32,449 nt of DNA from a virus. Lineage: Duplodnaviria; Caudoviricetes. This document shows, one piece after another, positions 9,287-16,868 of the stretch; the first letter of the stretch is position 1; each line of letters starts with the position of its first letter. A program made the translations under genes and the position numbers. Location of the stretch: IMG/VR virus record IMGVR_UViG_3300033067_000567, positions 1 through 32,449 of that record, one strand, 5' to 3'. The notes beneath the pieces are model-generated. The model saw only the letters and a list, made by a program, of their open reading frames with translations. It was not told the origin of the DNA and made no database searches.

Positions 9287-10647
9287 TACAGTTGCAACCT
9301 CCGAGCGCGGTAATAAACCTCAAGGCGCGTTTGTCGAAACGGGTCAGTCGGTCGATGAACAAGCGTTAGCACGTTGATCTGATTTGGAATCAGCATGATG
9401 GCCTTGCTGCCTGATGCGGTGAATGTGTGTCGATTGCCCGACGCGGTTGTTTCGTAAACACGGTCTAGTGTTGGGTCATCATTAATGGTGCGGTTTTGTG
9501 CGAGGTCTGAGCCGGTGGTTTTATACATTCGATAACTCATCACCGGCGTAAGGTGGAAGAAGTCAATTGGCACTGAGCCGCCGCCGCTGCGCAGTAGATA
9601 TATCTCTAGGTTAAGTGGGTAATGTGGCGCAACATTACTGTCACGCGGCGGCAGTTGCACAGCCCCAAAATCAACTACATTCGCCTCTTGCGGAATGGTG
9701 ATGTAATACGGTGACTCATACAGCACCCGCGCATTGTCAATCGTCACCTTTGCCCGCGCTCGCAAGTCTGTATATGCGGTCGCCAGCGTCATAGCGTGAA
9801 TACGGAATCGGTAGCCCTGCGCTGCGGCCAGCATCGCCGCCGAAATTGTTCCACTCCATGTCAGCATTTCGGTGGAGTTGGGGTTGTTGAGTGTGGTGTA
9901 TGCCCCGCCCGAATAACTCGCGCTGGTGGTGTCCGCAGATGACAGATAGTTAACGCCATCCTCTGCTTCTAGGTTAAATGTCATGGCAGACGCGCCCTCT
10001 GTCATGTGGCCGAGGTAGTAATCGCTACCCGCGATGGCCGACAGATTGGTGATTGCCACCCGCGCCGCTGCGGGCATGTCGCCGGTAACAGACGCGGCCT
10101 GAATCTTTGCCACGTTGCTGTAGCTGCTTGCGGGATAGAAACAGTTGCGCAGCGTGATTGTGCTGCCCGGTGTGGTCTGAATGGTGTTGTACAGATTGAG
10201 TTGTGTTTCGCTGTCCGTCTCCCAGTAATAACGGCGTGTCCATGTCACTGTCAACCACGGATAGCGCTGGTCGTCAATCGACGCATGGCCGCTGAGGATT
10301 TCAGACCGGTAAAGCGTGTCCCCTGTGTCAGGGCGAAATTTCACATAGACCGGCGAACCCACCCGCTGCTGCCAGCGTCGCGCCTGCTCAAACAGCCGAT
10401 TAAGCGTGACCAACGCAGCCCGCGCTGTTGTCATGTCCCCCGGTGTGTATGCGATCTTCGCCTGCTCGGTGACGCTGCGCCAATAGACGTTGGGTTGCTC
10501 GTAACCGTCCGCCTCGGTTGTAATGCTGCGCGGGTCGCGCTCTGGCACTTGCGGCGTGTATTCCAATAGCGCCGGATACGTGCCGCCGCTGGTGTTGGTG
10601 AGTTGTGCTGTGGTCGTGCCGTCGCTGACTCGTAGATCAATCGCCAT
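9286..10647 (-). CDS. distal tail protein (Dit), extended
   Basis: Directly after the tape measure gene. Motifs RRYYWET and GDMPA, C-terminus LIPNQINVL...VYYRARRL. At 453 aa it probably carries an inserted domain. Confidence 0.7.
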   Translation of the reverse strand: MAIDLRVSDGTTTAQLTNTSGGTYPALLEYTPQVPERDPRSITTEADGYEQPNVYWRSVTEQAKIAYTPGDMTTARAALVTLNRLFEQARRWQQRVGSPVYVKFRPDTGDTLYRSEILSGHASIDDQRYPWLTVTWTRRYYWETDSETQLNLYNTIQTTPGSTITLRNCFYPASSYSNVAKIQAASVTGDMPAAARVAITNLSAIAGSDYYLGHMTEGASAMTFNLEAEDGVNYLSSADTTSASYSGGAYTTLNNPNSTEMLTWSGTISAAMLAAAQGYRFRIHAMTLATAYTDLRARAKVTIDNARVLYESPYYITIPQEANVVDFGAVQLPPRDSNVAPHYPLNLEIYLLRSGGGSVPIDFFHLTPVMSYRMYKTTGSDLAQNRTINDDPTLDRVYETTASGNRHTFTASGSKAIMLIPNQINVLTLVHRPTDPFRQTRLEVYYRARRLQL

Positions 10648-10651
10648 TCAC

Positions 10652-13498
10652 TTACCGCCTCAGTAGTTTGTCGCGTAGTTGTGACACAAGGTAGTCCGCA
10701 TCGGATTGGTTGTTGACATTGACGCTGCCAATGTGGATCGTCGGCGCTTCGTCGGCGTGGCTGGCTGGGTCATTGCCGGGCGGATTCGCGCCAATCGCCG
10801 CGAGCGCATCGGCCACCGCGCCAGTTACCCCGCCGTCGCCACTATCCCCGCCAAAGATTGTGCCAAGCGCTGCGCCTGCATCGCTGGCGAACTGCATATC
10901 AGGTGCAGCAAATGCGCCCATCATTGACGTGTGCATGGCCTTCATTGCGTCCGTCACTGCGCCGATGCTGTCTTGAATGCCATTCGCTAGACCCTCACCA
11001 ATCATCTGCCCTACCCAATACATCTCATCGGATGGCGAGTGGATGCCGAGCAAGCCTTTGACGTAGCCCAGCGGCCCCATAATCATCTCGATAATCTTGT
11101 CTTTGACCTTATCGCCAAAATCAATAATTGAATTAAGCAGGCCAGTTACGATGTTCTTGCCGAGGTTGTAGAAGATAGCCACCTGTTCTGCAAGGTGACT
11201 CTTGATTTCGTTAAACTTTTCTTTCAAGAATGTAACAATTAAACCGATGGGAACTTTGACGGCATCGACAACCTTCTTAAATATCTTTTCAAATGTCTCA
11301 CGGATGGTTTCAAGTGCGCCCGATGTGTCGCCCTGCATTAACTGCATCCCCGTCTTCATAACGCCGAGAATCAGTGTAATTGCCGACCCAATGACTAACT
11401 TAATCGCTTCCCATGCGGTTACAAATACCAGCCCCAATGCTCCAAGAATTGTCTTCCACATTGGCATACCATCCTCAAATGTCTTGACAATCAGCGGCCA
11501 GTTAGATGAGACCCAAGTAACAACCTCTTGGAATTGGTCAATAAGCCACTGAATCTGAGGCATCAGCACCGTGTTAAAGATCATTACAGCGCCGTTGATT
11601 ACGGCGCTAATGGTATTTTTAATTTGCGGCCAATTCGTAATTACCCATGCGACGGCAGTAGAAAAAGCTGAAATAACCGTATTGATAATTGGGATAAGTG
11701 TGCCTTGAATAAAGCCTGACACACCAGCAAAAACGCTACTAATTGTTGCACTGATTTGCGGCCAGTTGGCTACAACCCACGAAACAACCGTAGCAAATGT
11801 CGAGATGATTCTGCCGATGATAGGAATAAGTGTGCCTTGAACAAAGGTCACTACGGCGGTAAACACCTGCCCAATAATTGTGCTAATCTGCGGCCAGTTT
11901 GCGCTCAACCACGTGATTGCTTGGCCTACGCCAGTCATTATTGCCCCGCCAACTTGCATAAATACTGGGGACACAGTAGCCCACCATGTACCTACCGTGG
12001 TAGCAATGGTATTAAATACTGATGTGGCTATTGCCGAGATGGTCGGCCAATTCGTTACAACGGTGTTGTAAATCCACATCGCCGCATCTACCAGTGACCA
12101 GAACACGTTCTTGGCCGTTTCAATGATTGGCCCCATCGCAGTGAATGCGTTACTGACAGCGGCCTTGATCTGCGGCATCACGCCCGCGACGGTCGCCCGC
12201 AAACCTTCCACGCTTATACCGGTGAAGTCGAGGGTATCAATCCAATCCCCGAAGCTATTGACCAGCGGAAGAATTACCGTCTCTGCAACGGCGGTTAACA
12301 CTGGGAGGAATTTCAACCCGAACGCAATAGCAACCGATTCGATAGACCCTTTGACCGACTCAATCACAAACCCCAAGCCTTGATTGAGTTTCGCCGCCTG
12401 CTCTGCCGCTGTGCCAGCCTTCTTCATTGCAGCGGCCATGTTGGTTAACCCGTTCGCGCCCTGTTCGGCCAGCGCCGCCGCGAAACGCACGCCGTCAGAC
12501 CCGAAGATGTCTTTAAGCGCTTGCGCCTTGGCCTCATCGCTCAACCCCTCTAGAGATTTCTTTAGAATCTCTGCGGCGTTGCCCATCCCCTTGAATTTGC
12601 CCTCAGCATCGTAGAACTGGTTTTGCTCAAATGAGTTAAAGAACTCTTGCGCGTCCTTCTTGCTCATCTTGAATTTCTTCGTGAGCTTTTCGAGTGCTAC
12701 GTTGATTTGCCTTGCGCTGCCATCGGTCTTGATGCCTTGCTTTGCTAAATACTGTTGGGCCTTGGCGTAGTCGAATGTGAGTAGCCCTAGCTCACGCATC
12801 GACCCCTTCGCGTCCTTACTTGGCCCTGCAAGGGCTTGCAGCATCGACTTAAACGCTGTGCCTTGATCTGATGCGCTCGCAAAGTTCTTTGATGTTGCGG
12901 CCATTGCCAGCACAACATCGCTCTGCGTTACGCCTGATGCTTTCGCCACGCCGTTGACGTTGGCAAGACCAAGCGCCAAATCATCTAGCGTGGTGATGGT
13001 GGAGGCATTCAGCGCCTGCGCCAGCATATTGCTGGTGTCGGTGGCATTTGCGCCTTGGTCGGCCCATGTCTGCACCTGCTGGGCCACAATACGCGCTGTG
13101 GGGGCAAGTTCAGATTTTGCAGCGGCAGCGAGGTTCAGCGTGGCCTCAGTCGCGTCACCCATGACCGACTTAATATCCATGCCCGCCTTGACAAGCTCAA
13201 CGCCCGCCTCTGCCGCCTGTTTGCTGCTGTATTTGGTGTCTTTGCCGAGTTGTAAAAACTTCTTGGTGAAGTCGTCGGCGCTCAACCCTGCCGCATTAAG
13301 GTTGTCGCCCGCCGCCATTTTGAAGTCATTCATCGTGGCTTCAAAATCGGAGGCGAGTTTCACCGCCGCAAAACCTGCCGTCAACGCAGCCGCGCCCGCA
13401 GCCAATGCCAAGCTGCCCAGCGCTTTACCAATGCCGCCGAGGATGCCGCTTGCTCTATCGACTACATTGACAACTACGTTTGCGGTGGTGTCGCTCAT
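10652..13498 (-). CDS. tape measure protein (TP901-like core)
   Basis: 948 aa, Ala-rich. Motifs LGKDTKYSSKQAAEA..ELVKAG, FYDAEGKFKGM and IFGSDG, NWPQI repeats with a ~44-aa period, and C-terminal LGIHSPS. Confidence 0.95.
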   Translation of the reverse strand: MSDTTANVVVNVVDRASGILGGIGKALGSLALAAGAAALTAGFAAVKLASDFEATMNDFKMAAGDNLNAAGLSADDFTKKFLQLGKDTKYSSKQAAEAGVELVKAGMDIKSVMGDATEATLNLAAAAKSELAPTARIVAQQVQTWADQGANATDTSNMLAQALNASTITTLDDLALGLANVNGVAKASGVTQSDVVLAMAATSKNFASASDQGTAFKSMLQALAGPSKDAKGSMRELGLLTFDYAKAQQYLAKQGIKTDGSARQINVALEKLTKKFKMSKKDAQEFFNSFEQNQFYDAEGKFKGMGNAAEILKKSLEGLSDEAKAQALKDIFGSDGVRFAAALAEQGANGLTNMAAAMKKAGTAAEQAAKLNQGLGFVIESVKGSIESVAIAFGLKFLPVLTAVAETVILPLVNSFGDWIDTLDFTGISVEGLRATVAGVMPQIKAAVSNAFTAMGPIIETAKNVFWSLVDAAMWIYNTVVTNWPTISAIATSVFNTIATTVGTWWATVSPVFMQVGGAIMTGVGQAITWLSANWPQISTIIGQVFTAVVTFVQGTLIPIIGRIISTFATVVSWVVANWPQISATISSVFAGVSGFIQGTLIPIINTVISAFSTAVAWVITNWPQIKNTISAVINGAVMIFNTVLMPQIQWLIDQFQEVVTWVSSNWPLIVKTFEDGMPMWKTILGALGLVFVTAWEAIKLVIGSAITLILGVMKTGMQLMQGDTSGALETIRETFEKIFKKVVDAVKVPIGLIVTFLKEKFNEIKSHLAEQVAIFYNLGKNIVTGLLNSIIDFGDKVKDKIIEMIMGPLGYVKGLLGIHSPSDEMYWVGQMIGEGLANGIQDSIGAVTDAMKAMHTSMMGAFAAPDMQFASDAGAALGTIFGGDSGDGGVTGAVADALAAIGANPPGNDPASHADEAPTIHIGSVNVNNQSDADYLVSQLRDKLLRR

Positions 13499-13740
13499 TT
13501 CTTTTTAGCCTTTGCGCGTTGCTGTTCTTTGATGCGGTCAAACTCGCGCACAAGCGCGTAAACGCGGCGCATGGTGTATGCGTCCTGTCGTAGCACCGCG
13601 TCAGGAAGAACGCCGAAGCGGTCGCAAATCAGCGCGAGTTCGATTTCTTCGGCCCCTTGCGTGATCTTCGCGCCGTGGCCTGCGGCCATACCTGTCAGGA
13701 GCCTTGATTCGCTCGCTGTAACAGACGTTGCAAAAAAGGG
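13495..13740 (-). CDS. tail assembly chaperone frameshift extension (gpGT-like)
   Basis: The -1 frame is open from the slippery site and joins ORF 13495..13689 (...ESRLLTGMAAGHG...ICDRFGVLPDAV...). Confidence 0.8.
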   Translation of the reverse strand, partial: PFFATSVTASESRLLTGMAAGHGAKITQGAEEIELALICDRFGVLPDAVLRQDAYTMRRVYALVREFDRIKEQQRAKAKKK

Positions 13741-14018
13741 AGTTGGTTTAACTCCGCGATGACATCAAAGAAGATTTCAGCATCCATGTTGTCATCGACG
13801 TTTTCAGGCGTGACGGGTAACGGCTGGCCGTTCTCATCCAAGAACGACCACCCTGCAATCAGGCGCTTGAGAAGCGCTTTTTGCTTGTCGTATGCCTTCT
13901 CTGGGTCTTGACACTCCATGAATTGCTCATAGCTCATGGTCGTCTTAATCTCTACCCAATCGCTGCCGACTTCGATGCGCTTCAATGCCTTCTCTGGTGC
14001 GTCAATTCGTCGTTTCAT
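13695..14018 (-). CDS. tail assembly chaperone (gpG-like)
   Basis: Between tail tube and tape measure genes. Motif LIAGWSFLDENGQPLPVTPENV. Confidence 0.85.
   Translation of the reverse strand: MKRRIDAPEKALKRIEVGSDWVEIKTTMSYEQFMECQDPEKAYDKQKALLKRLIAGWSFLDENGQPLPVTPENVDDNMDAEIFFDVIAELNQLPFLQRLLQRANQGS
13731..13740 (-). promoter_or_regulatory. programmed -1 ribosomal frameshift site
   Basis: Minus strand reads CTC CCT TTT TTG, giving overlapping X XXY YYZ heptamers CCCTTTT and TTTTTTG near the 3' end of the chaperone gene. Confidence 0.85.
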
Positions 14019-14019
14019 A

Positions 14020-14463
14020 TTAGCTTTGTGCGGCGTGTGTTACTGCGCCACTGATACGAACCTCAACATCACTACTCACAACCTGATCGTCACTGGAATA
14101 ATCGGTGTCGAATTTGGCAACGAATCCGGTGAACGTGATTTCATGTCGGCCCGTTGCCGCGCCGTTGGGTCGAATGCGCCAGTTAACACTTGTGCTGTTG
14201 TTGAACGCAGACCACAGCACCGTTTGCGGGCGCGTGGTGTAGCCGTTGGTGTTGTTGTGCATCAACGTAAACGAGTATGTGTTTTCGGTCAGCCCTGGAA
14301 TGTAGGTGCGTGAGGTCGTGCCATAGCTGGTCGTTTCGGCCTCACCCACAGACTGAGAGGCTTTGCCCTGATTGGTGTATGTGGTGATGTCGTTCCACGT
14401 CAGGGCAGGGTTCTCATACTCAAGGGTAAGACTAGATGCGATAAATTCGCCACTGGTTGCCAT
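14020..14463 (-). CDS. major tail (tube) protein, paralog 2
   Basis: 147 aa, motif AETTSYGTTSRTYIPGL, SD GAGGT, directly upstream of the chaperone gene. Confidence 0.85.
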   Translation of the reverse strand: MATSGEFIASSLTLEYENPALTWNDITTYTNQGKASQSVGEAETTSYGTTSRTYIPGLTENTYSFTLMHNNTNGYTTRPQTVLWSAFNNSTSVNWRIRPNGAATGRHEITFTGFVAKFDTDYSSDDQVVSSDVEVRISGAVTHAAQS

Positions 14464-14475
14464 TGTGTTACCTCG

Positions 14476-14916
14476 TTAGAGAGATGAGTGGGTAATGTCC
14501 CCGCTGATTCTCAGTTCAATATCGCTGCTCACCGGCTGGTCGTCGTTGCTCTGGTCGGTGTCAAATTTTGAAATGAACGCGGTGAACGCCATTTGATGAT
14601 TGCCTGAGCCTGAGCCGTTCGGACGAACACGCCACGCCAGCGCTGTGCGGTTGGCGAAGAACCCCGCCAACAGCGTTTGTGGGCGCGATGCGTAAGCCGC
14701 TGTGTTGTTGTGCATGAGCGTAAACGAATACGTGTTCTCAATCAGGCCGGGGATATACGTTCGACTGGTCGTGCCGTATGACGTGGTTTCAGCCTCGCCA
14801 GCGCTCTGACTCACCTTGCCCTGATTGACATAGGTTTGAATCGCGTTCCATGTGGCTGACGGGTTCTCATACTCAATCGTCAACGATGACGCGATAAATT
14901 CGCCACTTACTGCCAT
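14476..14916 (-). CDS. major tail (tube) protein, paralog 1
   Basis: 146 aa, same motif, SD GAGGA. About 70% identical to the next gene by manual count. Confidence 0.85.
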   Translation of the reverse strand: MAVSGEFIASSLTIEYENPSATWNAIQTYVNQGKVSQSAGEAETTSYGTTSRTYIPGLIENTYSFTLMHNNTAAYASRPQTLLAGFFANRTALAWRVRPNGSGSGNHQMAFTAFISKFDTDQSNDDQPVSSDIELRISGDITHSSL

Positions 14917-14918
14917 GT

Positions 14919-15083
14919 TTATTCCTCGCTGTCTAGCAGTTCGATAACGCCCTGCTCAACTAGTGTGTCAAAGTCGTTTTGCGTGCGGGTCAGTTCCATC
15001 TCGGTTCCGGCTGGGTAGATTTCGTTGGTGTCTTTGTCCACGCCGTTGACCAGAAACCGCACGCGCTTGGTTAGTTCGTCCAT
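14919..15083 (-). CDS. small virion-morphogenesis protein (54 aa)
   Basis: MDELTKRVRF...YPAGTEMEL...LVEQGVIE. The start overlaps the end of the upstream gene. Confidence 0.65.
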   Translation of the reverse strand: MDELTKRVRFLVNGVDKDTNEIYPAGTEMELTRTQNDFDTLVEQGVIELLDSEE

Positions 15084-15529
15084 AGTTCCAATGCGCTCCA
15101 CTCAAACTGCAAACCGGAATACACCACGCCGTCCCATTCGCCTCTGAACTGGTCTACGTTGGTAATGTCCGACTTGGCTACACGGTCACTGCTGCCAATC
15201 CCGCGCAATGTCAGGTCTGCGTCAAACGCATCTACAAGCAACTGTGCCGCGTCGATGATTTGTGCGGCCTCTAGCAATGGGTCTGCGCTGCTGCTCAGTA
15301 GAACGTAGCCCTGCCCGATGTGTTTACGTTGCTGGCCGTGCGCACGCAGCTTCCCGTCATCGGTGCGGCTGCTGTAGTTCGTGCGGGTCGGTGTTGATGT
15401 GTTCCACGCCACCATCACCGCCGGTAACTGCGACGGCTTCTGGCGTGGGATGCCGTAGCTATATTCATTTGCGCCAAACGCAACAGCGGCCACTTCACCT
15501 ACGCCGCGCACTGCCTCGCCTATGCTCAT
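15071..15529 (-). CDS. tail terminator / tail completion protein
   Basis: 152 aa, motifs LPAVMV and DADLTLRG. Lies between the connector and tail tube genes. Confidence 0.65.
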   Translation of the reverse strand: MSIGEAVRGVGEVAAVAFGANEYSYGIPRQKPSQLPAVMVAWNTSTPTRTNYSSRTDDGKLRAHGQQRKHIGQGYVLLSSSADPLLEAAQIIDAAQLLVDAFDADLTLRGIGSSDRVAKSDITNVDQFRGEWDGVVYSGLQFEWSALELWTN

Positions 15530-16122
15530 ACCACCTCACGCAGCGTTAGCCGGTTGATGTCGCGGGCGATGTCCTGCGGCATTGATGCCTCATGCTGTCG
15601 CGTGCCGTCGCCAAACGTTGTAACCTGCCCCGTAAACGTGCGGCTCTGCTGGATATACCAAGCGATACGCATCGTCAGCCGCTTGATGTAGTTGTCCGGC
15701 GTTGCCATCACGCCCCACGTGCCAGTCACGGCCACGTAGCCATTTGTGAACGACCACGCCGCGCCGCCCGATGGCGTTAGCTCGATGCCAAACTTTCGCA
15801 CTCCATTGCGCGGGTGCGCCCAATACACCGAACTGTCGAGCGTGGCCCCATCGCCATTCACGACGCTGGTCACAGTCAACAGTTCGGGCGTAATGAGTAG
15901 CAATGGCCTGCCCGCGTCTTGGGCGTGCTTGTCAAAGTATTTGATCGCGGTCGTTGCCGTGAACACGCGCTTGGTTTCGGACTCTAGATACGCTGTGGCC
16001 TCGTCAAGAAACAACTGATAACCTGCGGTCACTTCCGCGTTATCAAGTTGCAGGTTGACAGGCTGCGCCGTGCCGAGAGCGCGTAGCCAAGTGGTGTATT
16101 CGGCAACAGTTGCGTAAGCCAT
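15526..16122 (-). CDS. head-tail connector (adaptor) protein
   Basis: MAYATVAEY start, EATAYLESETKRVF and VAVTGTWG...P motifs. Confidence 0.8.
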   Translation of the reverse strand: MAYATVAEYTTWLRALGTAQPVNLQLDNAEVTAGYQLFLDEATAYLESETKRVFTATTAIKYFDKHAQDAGRPLLLITPELLTVTSVVNGDGATLDSSVYWAHPRNGVRKFGIELTPSGGAAWSFTNGYVAVTGTWGVMATPDNYIKRLTMRIAWYIQQSRTFTGQVTTFGDGTRQHEASMPQDIARDINRLTLREVV

Positions 16123-16371
16123 TTACTTTGCGGTGCGCTTGCCTTTCTTCGCAGGCGCGTCGTCCAACGGTGGTTGCGTCGCTTCGTCGCCCGTTTGCGC
16201 GGGCGGCTCAGTGACAACCACATCGGGAACGGTCACAGACACATTGCGATAGAACCCCTTCGTGAGTGCGATTTCGCGCAGCCATGTCGGAATTGCGTTC
16301 CATTCCTCGTCGGTTAGATCGCGCATCGGCACGCCATTTGTGCCTGAACCGTTCCCGATGTATTGCCACAT
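16123..16371 (-). CDS. small post-capsid protein (82 aa)
   Basis: SD GAGG before the ATG at 16371. MWQYIG...GVPMRDLTDEEW, with a basic C-terminal tail. Confidence 0.7.
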   Translation of the reverse strand: MWQYIGNGSGTNGVPMRDLTDEEWNAIPTWLREIALTKGFYRNVSVTVPDVVVTEPPAQTGDEATQPPLDDAPAKKGKRTAK

Positions 16372-16379
16372 ATTCGCCT

Positions 16380-16835
16380 CTACTTGCAAAACAGGTTGAG
16401 TGTGGTGGTTACAGGGTTGCTACCGAACTGCGTCAGCGAAGCGCGGACATAGTTGGCAGGCGGCACGAAGAACGTATAGAAATCGTTCTGCGCGGTCGTC
16501 ACGTTGCTAACCACGTTCGCAGCCGTCACCGCCGACGCGCTGTAGTTCACCCAGTTGCTGTTATCGTTGCTGCCTTGAAGCGTCAAGGTAATGTTGCTGG
16601 TTGATCCGCCCTGCGTCATCACGTAGTGGAGGCCACACTGGGCATACTGACCAATCGGCACGCTGCCGCTGGTTGCGCTCGCGGTCGTGACTTTGTTGAA
16701 CCACAGCGTTGCATTGCCAGACGCGGGGTTAGAGACGGTCACAGTGCCGGGAATCGTCAGCGCAGCGTTGACCGGGGCGAAGATCGCAAAGGCCAACGAC
16801 ACGGCGGCGATGATTGCATAAACTTTCTTGCTCAT
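16380..16835 (-). CDS. beta-sandwich (decoration/cement-like) protein with N-terminal signal peptide
   Basis: Directly after the capsid gene, SD GAGGTG. LTLQGSNDNSNW...NYVRA pattern. N-terminus MSKK, a hydrophobic core, then VNA-A. Confidence 0.65.
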   Translation of the reverse strand: MSKKVYAIIAAVSLAFAIFAPVNAALTIPGTVTVSNPASGNATLWFNKVTTASATSGSVPIGQYAQCGLHYVMTQGGSTSNITLTLQGSNDNSNWVNYSASAVTAANVVSNVTTAQNDFYTFFVPPANYVRASLTQFGSNPVTTTLNLFCK

Positions 16836-16868
16836 TTGAATGTCACCTCTGATGGTCTAGTGTTCGGC

